A model generated the notes under the pieces. That model was given only the letters and a program-made list of their open reading frames with translations, was not told where the DNA came from and searched no databases. 64,000 bases of DNA from Octopus bimaculoides (Eukaryota), in contig NC_068982.1 of NCBI RefSeq assembly GCF_001194135.2, forward strand, positions 35,050,663 through 35,114,662, written 5' to 3'. Below are positions 12,070 to 24,729 of this stretch, piece after piece (the stretch's first letter is position 1; each line of letters opens with the position of its first letter). The position numbers and the translations under genes were made by a program.

Positions 12070-12817
12070 TTGCGTTGATGATTACACGTTTCGCTATAAC
12101 CATGTCTATGATTATGCGTTTCGCTACGTCCGTGTCTATAGCTATACTTTTTGCAATATTCAAATTTCGCTATATATATATATATATGTCGATGATAATA
12201 TGTTTCACTATATCTATGTCTATTATTATACATCTCGCTACATTCATGTCTAGGATCATACGTTTCGCTACATCTGTGTCTAAGGTTGTACGCTTCGCAA
12301 TATTCGTGTCTATGATTATACGTTTAGCTACATCCCTGTCTATGACTATACGTTTCGCTATATTCGTGTCTCTGATCAATCGCTTCGCTACATTTGTGTC
12401 TATGATTGTACATTTCATCATATTCGTGTCTATCATTGTACGTTTCACTATATCCAAGTCTATGATTATACGTTTCGCTATACCCATGTCTATAATTATA
12501 CGTTTCGCTACATACATGTCTATGATTGTACGTTTCGCAATATTCGTGTCTATGATTATACGTTTCACTATGTGCGTGTCTATGATTGTACATTTCATTA
12601 TAATCGTGTCTATCATTGTACGTTTCACTATCTCCCTGTCTATGGCTACAAGTTTCGCTACATCCACGTCTCTGACTATATATTTCGCTATATTCGTGTC
12701 TATGATCGATCACTTCGCTACATTCGTGTCTCTGATTGTACATTTCATTTTATTCGTGTCTATCATTATACGTTTCACTACATCCATGTCTATGAGTATA
12801 CGTTTCGCTACATCCGT
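12070..12817. repeat. 30-bp minisatellite, about 25 units
   Basis: Consensus TATTCGTGTCTATGATTATACGTTTCGCTA stays in register twice per 60-base line. Confidence 0.95.
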
Positions 12818-13813
12818 GTGTGTGTGTGTGTATTTGCATGTCTGTTGAACTCACCAAGAAACAAACGAGTCGACATGACGTTGTGTCCCTATGCAAGGGA
12901 CGTCGTGTCTATTATTCTAGCCCTCTCAACTGCAAATGAGCGCCGGCGACAGTTGGGAAGGGGTATCAACTCTGCGACGGATTGGTATCTCGTTCAAATC
13001 CTTCAGAAAACAAGATAAGATTCGGATCAATTAGTCAATAGGCAGACGGTGGCATTTAACTTCATATATTATTACCAACATATTTGCACAATGCTCAAAA
13101 CAAGCACACGAATACATACAAACATACGCACACACACACGCACACACACACAAACACACACACACACACAGAATCGCTTCATATAATGTTATGCGTATGC
13201 TGTTGTTATTGTCATTGTTTTGCTTTTGGTTAAGTTATAACCACTAAAAGGAATTTCTGGTTTTCTGGCACTGCGCTAAGAGTTTTGGTCTCTGTCTGGC
13301 GCTTACCCGTTAATAGGTTTATTGTCTGTTTTGTCTGTTAACACATAAGAAGAACGAAATAAATGATTGGGAATTAAAATTATTTTAATATCCAAGAAAG
13401 ATGTGAAGCGAGATTTTCTGTGCTGCTCTGGGCGATTGTCTTCTACAATAGTCCTGGATCGAACAACGCCATGTGAGTAAATTTGGTTGAGAGAAACTGC
13501 TTCATAGCGCATCATGTGTGTGTGTGTGTGTGTGTGTGTGTATACATATATGTATGTCTGTTTGTTTGCCTCTCCCACCATTTGACAACCGTTGTTAGTT
13601 TATTTACAGCCCCGTAACTTAATAGAATAAATGCCTGCCTAAAAAAAGAAAAACATTAGTTCTAGGAGCACGTTGTGGGGCCATTTTGCTGCAATACGAT
13701 GAGTGAAACAATAGATACAGGATTCACTTGTGCTTCCGTACGGCGTTCGAGTATTAGGCTGCTAAACTTAAAATTAGAATAAATCTTTTATATTAGGAAC
13801 TATTCATTCATAT

Positions 13814-14486
13814 AAGTGGTTCTCAACCACTTTTTCACTATCGACCCCTTTGATTACGACTCTATTCATGTGGCCCACCATAACCATTCGATGTTTTAAA
13901 GATATAATTTTAGATTTTCATTTCAAAATTCTTATTTTCTTTTTCACACATTAACATGTGTAGTGTGAGCGAAATGTGGGTTAATGGTTAGGGTATTCAG
14001 CTCACGATCATAAGAGCATGAGTTCAATTCCCGGCGACACCTCGGGTTCTTGAGCAAGACACTTTAATTCACGTTGTTTCAGTTCACTCATTTGTCAAAA
14101 ATGTGTAGTACCTGATTTCAAAGGACCAGCCTTGTCACACTGTGTCTCGCTGAATCTTTCTGAGAACTACGTTAAGGGTAATCGTGTCTGTGGGGTGCTC
14201 AGCCACTTGCACGTAAATTTCGTGAACAGGCTGTTCCGTTGACTGGCTCAATTGGAACCCTCTTCCTCGTAACCGACGGAGTGGAGACATGTGTAGGATG
14301 AACTATGTTAAACGTTTGAGAAATGAGCCTAGCTGATTCTTGCAATAAACAGAGCCAAAATAACGCATTTTTTATGAATCCTTAAAATACTATTGTGGTT
14401 CCTCAAATTAGTATTTTACTTGTGTAGAGCTCTAAAAGTCTTACATGAACCTCTAGGAAGATATGTGTCCCAGTTGAGAACCACAT
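13814..14486. mobile_element. hAT-type non-autonomous element interrupted by a SINE
   Basis: TIRs AGTGGTTCTCAACC (13815) and GTTGAGAACCAC (ends 14484). Confidence 0.7.
13964..14286 (+). mobile_element. tRNA-head SINE family C, full length, with 10-bp TSD
   Basis: A/B-box-like head (TAATGGTTAGG..GAGTTCAATTCC); TSD ACATGTGTAG at 13954-13963 and 14287-14296. Confidence 0.9.
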
Positions 14487-14509
14487 ATTTATACTGGTTT
14501 CAAAGTTCA

Positions 14510-14845
14510 GCAATTACAAGGAAGGGGTGAATAGCAAAGTCGACTTCGGCAGAATTTGGACTCACAGCATGAAGATGGACGAAATGTCGCTAAGTGTTTC
14601 ACCCGGTGTGCTAACGATTCTACCAGCTTGCCGCCTTTAAAACACGAAATACTGATTTGAAATTTTGGCACAAGGCCAGTAAGATTATTGGAGGGGTAAG
14701 TCGATTACATTGACCCCAGTGCTCAACTAGTACTTATTTTATCCACCCCGAAAGGCATGAATGCTAAAGTTTACCTTTGAACACAGATAAAAGGCCGCTA
14801 AGCGTTTGCTCGGCTTGCTAACGATTTTGCCAGATCGCCGCATTT
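14510..14845 (-). mobile_element. SINE family B, head-to-tail pair
   Basis: Two successive reverse-complement family B copies. Confidence 0.8.
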
Positions 14846-15284
14846 TTCCCACTGATTTACATGAAAAAATAGAGTTATTCGTCGATAATAAAACAAATAC
14901 ATACATGAATAAGTAAACATGATTACGTGTATGATAAGCAGATTTGGTGGATTATCATTATTTCACTAAAAACGCCTCGGAAAACACGTACAAATAAACA
15001 ACTGGTAAAGGGTTACTCATTGTTAGCGTATCGTTTTGATTAATGACAACTGACCGACGATAAAGCATGTGACCAGGTTTATGTCACTACCAGGAGAATG
15101 TAACTCACATATCACAGTCTACCAACTCTCGCAATAGATAATAGAATTCCACTTTTACTTGGTTAATTCGTTGTTTAGATACTGATCGGTTTAACATAAC
15201 ATAATCTATTATCTTAAAACAAATGTTTCTGAGAAATTATTGATGTCTAAAAATATGCAAAACATTGATATTTGGAGACGCAGA

Positions 15285-15500
15285 AGTGGTTGTGTGGCAA
15301 ATAGCTTAGTTACCAACCACATGGTCCCAGGTTCAGTCCCACTGCGTGACACCTTGGATGGGTGCCTTCTGCTATAGCGNNNNNNNNNNNNNNNNNNNNN
15401 NNNNNNNNNNNNNNNNNNNNNNNNNNNNNNNNNNNNNNNNNNNNNNNNNNNNNNNNNNNNNNNNNNNNNNNNNNNNNNNNNNNNNNNTATATATGTTTTT

Positions 15501-15533
<33 letters not shown>

Positions 15534-15735
15534 TATGTTTGTATGTATGTGTTTGTCCCCTCAACATCGCTTGACAATCGATACTGGTGTGTTTACGTCC
15601 CCGTAACTTAGCGATTCAGCAAAAGACCCGATAGAATAAGTCCTTACAAAGAATAAGTCTTTGGGTTGATATATTCGACTAAATGCGGTACTCCAGCATG
15701 GCCTCAATCAAATGACTGGAACAAATAAAAGAATA
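15285..15735 (+). mobile_element. SINE family A spanning an assembly gap
   Basis: ACCAACCACATGGTCCCAGGTTCAGTCCCACTGCG head; family A tail after the gap. Confidence 0.85.
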
Positions 15736-17329
15736 TCTAATCAGAGATTAACTGTTCGAAACTTATGGCTTCGAAGCTATTGTTCTTTCATTGAACAGTC
15801 AGGATGTAAATAGAATTGTGTTTTCTCAAAAGTATTGAAACCACGTGTGAATGATCTCTTTAATTCTCTGATGGAGGTAACCCTATCATTTCTTTCTTTC
15901 CTTCCTTCCTTCCTTCCTCCACAGACATACACGCACACACAAGCACATATACATATAAATTTATTCAGGGTGAGAGAGAGGGAGATTGCGGGAGGAGAGA
16001 TATGTTTGTATATACACTGAGTTAAGTGTTTAATACCAATGAAATGTTCTCAAGAATAATCTGATTCATCATGTTACAATATAATATGTATACACCTGTA
16101 TATATTCTTATGTGTATAGGATGTTTTTGCATCGATGAAGTAACTGAATATAGATTACGAAACAGCTGTCAACGTATGGCATTAATATTTTTTACCTCTT
16201 CTCTCTCTTGAATTTGACTATTATACACTCTCCAATAATATGATTCCCTGATTTTTAGATGCATAGTGACATTAGTTGTATACCCTGTGTTCAACCACTA
16301 TCTCCTTTCCTTGATGGCCGAACACCCTATAGAGAACTTACTGTCAATATTGTTTGATTTTTCGAATCCCAATTTGCAGTTGTGAGTACGTGTGTGTGTG
16401 GGGGGGGGGGGGGGTACGCGCACGCGTTTCTGTAGACATATATATGTGTGCGTGTATGTGTTTGCGTCTCCCCCCATTTGACAACCGAAGATAGGTGATG
16501 TAGAGAACAAACAGATGTATTAGTATAACGCTCGATATGTACATGCATAGCAAGTGACTTGATCTGAGACCGTGTGCTGAAACAAAATCAATTACAGCAT
16601 GGAAGATGTTTGTAAGCCATTCAAGAACACACAAAAACCGTTAGTTTCACTTCAACATTGAAATTACCTTTGTGTCAAAATATTTTCGTCGCTTTGAAAC
16701 CGCGACCTTTTCACTGACATAACTTCGTTATAATATAGACTTATTAAGGTGAATTCATATATAGAGATTTTTTATTAATATTTCAGTAATTTGTACTACT
16801 CTGTACTACTCTAGCCATGTACACACGTACTGAGGTAGACTGCGGAATGTATGAATCGGTTCGTCAGGCGAAAATGTTGTATTCCACTACTTCTAAGTTA
16901 GTCCTTTTGCACCCGGCATACTTCTTTCAGTTTCCACTGAAGCTCAATAAACTAAGAACCAGACAAAGTAACGGGTTTAATATAATCGACTCAAACGTTT
17001 GAAAGTGTCACCCTTGCACAGCCGCAGTACAAATGACTGAAATGCCAACAAAAAAAATAATAACGGAATAAAATATCAATTTCTTAATTTGGAGCCTAAA
17101 TTATCGTAAAGTAATTGTTTCTTCAACTACTTGAGCTTTCAGAACATAGAACAACTCAACGCCTCGTGTCGTGTATTTATTATCTTCACCTGTTCTATAT
17201 TTTGCTTCATATAGTGAGCCCAGCAGACTAAATCGAGCGCTTCATTACTTTCATATCGTAAGAATAGTCACCTGACGTATTATGATAATATTGGTGTATT
17301 TTTCTAATGTAAGCTGTATCGGCAAGGGC

Positions 17330-17385
<56 letters not shown>

Positions 17386-17394
17386 CATTTCTAT

Positions 17395-17567
17395 TATAGA
17401 CACAAGGCCTGAAATTTGCGGAGAGAGAGGTAAGATGATTACATCGACCCCAGTGCGAAACTGGTACTTATTTAATCAACCCCGAAAGGATGAAAGGCAA
17501 AGTCAACCTCGGCGGAATCCGATAAGCATTTCATGCAGCGCGCTAAGGATTCTGCCAGATCGCCACC

Positions 17568-17628
<61 letters not shown>

Positions 17629-17790
17629 TAATAATAATAAGAAGAAGAAGAAGAATTTATATACAAGGCCAGCAAGCCTGGCGAGGGAGTAAGTCGATTA
17701 CATAGACCTCAGTAGTCAACTGGTATTTATTTTATCAATCCCGAAAGGATGAGCAGCAAAATCAACTTCGGCGGAATTTGAACTCAGAAC
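17395..17790 (-). mobile_element. SINE family B pair separated by an (AAT)n tail
   Basis: Two reverse-complement copies; (AAT)n at 17568-17640. Confidence 0.8.
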
Positions 17791-18248
17791 TGTGTGCTAT
17801 CGATTCGGCGCAGCACACTATCACTCCTGTAGAATACCTGAACTAGAACTATCTTCACACAAAACACACACCTTATGCAATAAGTACCTTACAATCTAAT
17901 ACACCACAACTTGTGCAAATATACTATACATGATTAAGGCTCTATAAAGTAACACAACTCAAATTACCCACACTACACGCATCTGAACAAACACTAATAT
18001 AACAAGAAGCAAGAAACTAAACTCCATAACAAAACAAACTAATGCAGTACACCCTCAGGAGGAGTGTACTCTCCTCCAATCCCTGCAGAATTAAGAACAC
18101 AATGCTACATATACCTCAGGAATATCATGTGGCGCTGTAGTAACTCGCATAGAATTACCGAAGTAAAAATGTTTATATGTGCAATATCAAATAGAACAAA
18201 AGCACTCAGAGAGCGCAAACCTCCGTCAAGGTAACACCAACGTCCTAA

Positions 18249-19640
18249 TTTTTTATTACCCACCAGGAGACAATACATAACATGTGGGGACACACAACAA
18301 GAAAAAAATAGGACAAACGTATAAAAAAATATATGAAAGAGTAAAAAAAAATGAAAAAAATGGAATTAAGCTACTCGGCCTCATATCCGTGCAGCCTCAT
18401 TTATATCTTTTCTCTATTAAACCCAGTTCCTTTAAGAATGTCTGTTTTATATTCTTTTCAAAATATCTGTGTAATCTATAATTAATGGCATCTCATCTCT
18501 GTCCAAGTTTACTTCCCAATACTCATACCCATAATCAAATCTTTCTAATATATCTGTTCGTTCTTTGGTTAATTTCACACAACTGTGCCACTCCTTCACA
18601 TTATCATGCTCCTCAGTCTCCACGCTTTTTACATCTTTCCATGAAGCTATATCCTGGTTTAGTTCTTATGTCATAAATCATACCTATAAAACTTTTTTCC
18701 TTTTAGCTGGGGGAGGGGAATTTTGGGGGTCCTTGTGAGCGTGTGTCTATTTTTTATTTTAGTGTCGGAGGGGAATGGGTAGGCTTGGTGTCTGTGGTAG
18801 TTGTGAGGCTGAGAGGGTGTGGGTTGGTGTTTTAAGCCCGTATCACTTGCCTTTTTTTCGTTTTCTTTTGTTTCCTCCACTCACCGTCCTCCACGTTTCA
18901 CGCCTCTACTCCATTGCTGGCGGCAAAGTCTTCTTTTTTCCTGTTTCCTCCACCGGTTCTTCCATTTTCTTCTCTTGTTCTTCCGTTGTCTTTTTGGTCG
19001 GTGAAGGGCAGTCCACTCTAATGTGGCCGTTTAGACCACATTTGTAATATCGAGGGATTCTGCCTTTACCCTCATTATCACCGCGTCCATCGTAATGGTT
19101 TCCGTCGCCCTTTCCAACGTTTCCGCCGACCTTTACGCTGGTTGCACGTCGTCCAAGGTACGTGGGTAGAAGGACTATTTCTTCGTTTTTGATGGTTTCT
19201 GCTGCGCGCCTTTTTATTGTTGCCTTGTCTTTCATCCTCACTTACTCCGTACCAAATTTGTTTCCTCTTGCCAGGTATGTCATTTCATGCCAAATTGGCC
19301 TAAGCGCTTTCTCAATTTGGCTTGCAGTCATAATGTCTATTTTTCCTACTTTAACCGAATAAGTCTTGAACGTAATGTTTCTTTCCCTTATGTCAATCAG
19401 CATTTCCTCCGGGAGGGACAAGTCCACATTATACCCGTCCCTACTTAGCAAACCTTTAGAACTTTCCTTTTCAATTTTGCTCTTTTCCCAATAACTCTCA
19501 ACAATTCATCTTCAGAAGACGACAACTCAGTAAAGCTGACATCCGAATAGAACATTCTCTTCTTCCTCTCCATTAGGCCAACTCTCCTCATATGAGGAGG
19601 GAAAGCACAAACACACTGCGACAAGGCAGCAAAAACCAAT
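18249..19640 (-). mobile_element. degenerate LINE ORF1-like element, apparently ORF1-only
   Basis: Joined frames give ..ERNITFKTYSVKVGKIDIMT..RGNKFGTE*VR..IKNEEIVLLPTYLGRRATSVKVG..PRYYKCGLNGHIRVDCP (degenerate CCHC knuckle); aligns with the 34763 ORF; ends in AATAAA plus a short A run near 18250. Confidence 0.7.
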
Positions 19641-20627
19641 TAACAAATGTTTAAAGAACGCTGACACAAAAAAATTATATATACATATACATATACATAC
19701 ACACACATATATATATGTATATATATATATATATATATATNNNNNNNNNNNNNNNNNNNNNNNNNNNNNNNNNNNNNNNNNNNNNNNNNNNNNNNNNNNN
19801 NNNNNNNNNNNNNNNNNNNNNNNNNNNNNNNNNNNNNNNNNNNNNNNNNNNNNNNNNNNNNNNNNNNNNNNNNNNNNNNNNNNNNNNNNNNNNNNNNNNN
19901 NNNNNNNNNNNNNNNNNNNNNNNNNNNNNNNNNNNNNNNNNNNNNNNNNNNNNNNNNNNNNNNNNNNNNNNNNNNNNNNNNNNNNNNNNNNNNNNNNNNN
20001 NNNNNNNNNNNNNNNNNNNNNNNNNNNNNNNNNNNNNNNNNNNNNNNNNNNNNNNNNNNNNNNNNNNNNNNNNNNNNNNNNNNNNNNNNNNNNNNNNNNN
20101 NNNNNNNNNNNNNNNNNNNNNNNNNNNNNNNNNNNNNNNNNNNNNNNNNNNNNNNNNNNNNNNNNNNNNNNNNNNNNNNNNNNNNNNNNNNNNNNNNNNN
20201 NNNNNNNNNNNNNNNNNNNNNNNNNNNNNNNNNNNNNNNNNNNNNNNNNNNNNNNNNNNNNNNNNNNNNNNNNNNNNNNNNNNNNNNNNNNNNNNNNNNN
20301 NNNNNNNNNNNNNNNNNNNNNNNNNNNNNNNNNNNNNNNNNNNNNNNNNNNNNNNNNNNNNNNNNNNNNNNNNNNNNNNNNNNNNNNNNNNNNNNNNNNN
20401 NNNNNNNNNNNNNNNNNNNNNNNNNNNNNNNNNNNNNNNNNNNNNNNNNNNNNNNNNNNNNNNNNNNNNNNNNNNNNNNNNNNNNNNNNNNNNNNNNNNN
20501 NNNNNNNNNNNNNNNNNNNNNNNNNNNNNNNNNNNNNNNNNNNNNNNNNNNNNNNNNNNNNNNNNNNNNNNNNNNNNNNNNNNNNNNNNNNNNNNNNNNN
20601 NNNNNNNNNNNNNNNNNNNNNNNNNNN

Positions 20628-20672
<45 letters not shown>

Positions 20673-20867
20673 GAAGTTTCACACGAGAGCATCTATTTTA
20701 GAAACAAAGGGATAAACGGGACGAAATATTTAGATCTTTTTCAAACTTACTACACGTTTCAAATGTTAAAATATATATACTCATGCAAAAAAGAAAGTAG
20801 GAGATTAATTAAATTAATTGTTCATTATAGCATTGTTTCGTATCGTTAGGAAAAGCCGTACGGTGTG

Positions 20868-20927
<60 letters not shown>

Positions 20928-21050
20928 CGTTGTAGCATACTTGGGACTTAATCATTAGTTGCAGCAATTGTGGAAATAGTGGAAGTCGTAGGTGTAAGAG
21001 TAGATTGTTTTTTTCATTCAGCAGCAGGAGTGAGAGTTGTGACCGTACCG

Positions 21051-21098
<48 letters not shown>

Positions 21099-21796
21099 AC
21101 AAAAAATAGCAGCAGTAGCTGTAGTGGTAGCAGAAGCATATATCCTTCGCAAGCCTTTATATATGTTTAATTTTGCAGTTAAGCCTCCAAGGATTTAACT
21201 CCTAGTAAAAAATCCCACGTGAGCGGCTGTAATTGATTGAATGTAAGCCGAATGCTTATCCAAATCGTTATTCTCGAGTTACTGAGCATCAAATCTCTGT
21301 AACCCCACAAAAAGCTTCATAGAAAGGTTAAGTATGTTTATATAAACAACATGGATTATTAAATACGCTGTGTAGTATATAAAAGGTATTCAATTGCAAA
21401 AATGTAGCAACATTTTCCATTTTTTTTTTACAGAATGCAAAGTCTCACTATATATATATCGGGATTTTCTTGTCATAATTCAATTAGTATAGTAATGCGA
21501 TTTTAGTTGCAAAATTAAGAAACAAAATATATTTTCGTTTCTGTTGTTTTTTCTTTTCCTTTTTTAGCTTAATACAATTTCTTAAATTTTTATTTTTCTT
21601 CAATTATGCTTTTCATGATCTAGTCAGGGACTAGATCACAGCAACCGAAGGAATACGATCTCGAATACAAACAGAAGAAATGGGGTTTCTCTGAAGCAGG
21701 TTGCTTAAGTAACATTACTTGAAAACGTGCATAACTTAGAGATCAGGGAATCGCTCTAGGTCAAGCCGTTACTTCTCTGCATTGGTAGGTCACAGC

Positions 21797-21938
21797 CAGT
21801 GCCAGATTTACAATTGTGCTAAGGTTTGCTTAAGTACAGGGCCCCGTTGACCAGGAACCCTGTAAGGGGCCCCTGTCCAAGTAAGGGGCCTCATAACTTA
21901 ACTAGCACAGGCCCTCATTTGTCCTAAATCCGGCATTG
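21797..21938. mobile_element. 142-bp hAT-type MITE with perfect 8-bp TSD
   Basis: TIRs CAGTGCCAGATTTA / TAAATCCGGCATTG; TSD GTCACAGC at 21789-21796 and 21939-21946. Confidence 0.9.
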
Positions 21939-21971
21939 GTCACAGCTCTGATACCTGAGGAATATCTATAA

Positions 21972-22082
<111 letters not shown>

Positions 22083-22544
22083 CGCGTGTGTATACCTCTA
22101 TTATGCATCATAGCTACCTAAGCATGAGGATCTGTTGACAGTTTTATGATTCCACTAGCACACCATACCAGCATATAGATTCTCTGGTTATCTTCTTAAT
22201 TTCTGCTAAATTAGCTTCTTATCTACTAAAGGGAATGTTTGAAGAAAGAATTGCAGGACAGAGCTTACCGATGAGCCAACTTGTTGGGGAGATCTAGGCT
22301 TGGCTGCAATCGAGATCATCGGATAATATCCATAGCTTCATTTGGTTCCACAGAGAGAACCAGCCGGATCCTATGCTGATGATTTCTTCCGACGTATCCT
22401 CTGAAAAGTGTGTCTAAAGACTCTGACCTTTTGACCCTTTGGCCCTTTGACTCTAAGAAGAAGAGTAGGCTACGAAGTTGGAGAGATAAATGAATGGACT
22501 AATATTGTTTATTTCAGTTTTTATTAAGAATATTGGTTTGAAAT

Positions 22545-22745
22545 GTTGGTACACAAGGTCAGCAATTTCGAGAGATGGGGACTAAGTCGATGACACCGAC
22601 CCTAGTGCTCAACTGGTACTTATTTTATCGACCTAGAAAGGACGAAAAGCTAAGTTGACCCCGGCGGTACTTGAAGCCAGAACGTAAAGACGGACAAAAT
22701 GTCGCTGAACATTTTGCCTGGCGTGCTAACGATTTTGCTAGAGTG
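22545..22745 (-). mobile_element. SINE family B
   Basis: Family B blocks in reverse complement. Confidence 0.8.
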
Positions 22746-22775
22746 TGTTTTTTTTTCGGATATATGAACTAATGA

Positions 22776-22829
<54 letters not shown>

Positions 22830-22852
22830 ACAAATATATATATATATATATA

Positions 22853-23700
22853 CAGGGTGGGTGAAAAGTAAGTAGGCATTAAAAATTGGTAATAAAATCC
22901 ATATTCCCATGACAAATTTATTGAAACGAATGATACATGTTCGTTATTACATGGGAAAATGAAAGTAAATCTTCATATTTCGACGTAATCACTGGTAGTG
23001 TCAACCAATTTTCTCAGACTGCCAAGGATGGAATGAGCAGCCGTGTGAAGGACGTCGTCTGGGACATCATTAAGAACCTCCTGAATCCGTGCCTCCAACT
23101 CCTCCGGTGTGCGAGGTTCTGTCTCTTTTGTATAAAAATCACATGGAGTGAGATCTGGACTTCTGGACTTCTGCGGCCACAGTCTTCAGGTTTTAGCTCC
23201 AGTACCGACGTAAATTCAATTCTTTATTCAACACCGTACGTATTGCGTGTCTTGTTAGTCTATTTTCATGAGCTGTTTGAAGCGTTGATTTTTGCGGGCT
23301 GCGATTAAGCACTTCCTGCACTGTTGCCAAGTTCTCCGCTGATCGGGATGTGGTTGGATGACCACTTCTTCTTGCATCGTTCACAGAGCCCATGGTCATC
23401 AGCTATGCATGACAACTTTTTAATGTCTCCGAACATTGTGTTGCATGCTTATCTTTCCATGCATGCCACCATCTCTGAACCAAAACAATGGAATTCCACA
23501 CTTCATAGCGTGCTGCTATCTTAACTCACTCCTGAATAATCAAGCAACCGGCTATCTGGAAAGTAAGAAATAAGACAATAAGAAAATAAGAAATCTTCAT
23601 TAGTTTTTTTTCTGTTTGAAAAATGTTTTCGTCATGACTTCAGTAATACAAAAAATTCTATAAGTAATTTCTAATTACTAGTTACTTTCCATCCACCTTG
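22853..23700 (-). mobile_element. internally deleted Tc1/mariner element (848 bp)
   Basis: Imperfect ~35-bp TIRs (CAGGGTGGGTGAAAAGTAA / TTACTTTCCATCCACCTTG) flanked by TA; N-terminal IAARYEVW..GSVNDARRSGHP joined directly to WPQKSRSPDLTPCDF and PRTPEELEARIQEV; most of the catalytic core is missing. Confidence 0.9.
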
Positions 23701-23732
<32 letters not shown>

Positions 23733-24206
23733 TGTATGTGTGTGTGTGCGTGTGTTTTCTGCGCTTTAAGGACTGTGTCAAGTCCTAAGATCGGAANNNN
23801 NNNNNNNNNNNNNNNNNNNNNNNNNNNNNNNNNNNNNNNNNNNNNNNNNNNNNNNNNNNNNNNNNNNNNNNNNNNNNNNNNNNNNNNNNNNNNNNNNNNN
23901 NNNNNNNNNNNNNNNNNNNNNNNNNNNNNNNNNNNNNNNNNNNNNNNNNNNNNNNNNNNNNNNNNNNNNNNNNNNNNNNNNNNNNNNNNNNNNNNNNNNN
24001 NNNNNNNNNNNNNNNNNNNNNNNNNNNNNNNNNNNNNNNNNNNNNNNNNNNNNNNNNNNNNNNNNNNNNNNNNNNNNNNNNNNNNNNNNNNNNNNNNNNN
24101 NNNNNNNNNNNNNNNNNNNNNNNNNNNNNNNNNNNNNNNNNNNNNNNNNNNNNNNNNNNNNNNNNNNNNNNNNNNNNNNNNNNNNNNNNNNNNNNNNNNN
24201 NNNNNN

Positions 24207-24267
<61 letters not shown>

Positions 24268-24289
24268 GTGTATATGTGTGTGTCTTTCT

Positions 24290-24495
24290 GTTTATGTTTG
24301 TCCCCATCACCGCTTGAGAACCGGTGTTGGTTTATTTACGTCATAATAGCCTAGCTGATTGGCAATAGAGACTGATATATTGAATAAAAAGCTCAAAGAT
24401 AAGTATTCGGTCGATTTGTTCGGCTAAACTCTTCAAGGCGGTGTCCCAGCATGGCCACAGTCCAATGACAGAAACGAGTAAAAGATAAAAGAAAG
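24290..24495 (+). mobile_element. SINE family A 3' half
   Basis: TTTGTCCCCATCACCGCTTG..CCAGCATGGCCACAGTC..GAAACGAGTAAAAG. Confidence 0.8.
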
Positions 24496-24729
24496 AAGAT
24501 AAACACAACATTCTGCCACAAGAAACGTTGCAAAGTTTACTCGATCCACACAAGCAATATATTCATCTGACAAATGTTTTCCGTAAAATCGGGTAACACT
24601 GAAAAAATTGAATATATTTTGGTGTGGAAAGAAAAAAGAATTTAAATCCTGCTAAAATTTTAATGTAAACCATTGTGCCAATACCGAGTTCAAAAAACTT
24701 TTAAATATCATTCACCACTAAATTCTCAA

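Noticed and set aside
12070-12817. CRISPR-like periodic array
   Set aside because: Contiguous 30-bp units without unique spacers, in a eukaryotic context
13964-14050. tRNA-like A/B boxes (also at 39417 and 53445)
   Set aside because: These are SINE heads; no complete cloverleaf or acceptor stem, so not tRNA genes
22370-22410. CTATGCTGATGA motif resembling a hammerhead start
   Set aside because: No stem II and no correctly placed GAAA or NUH
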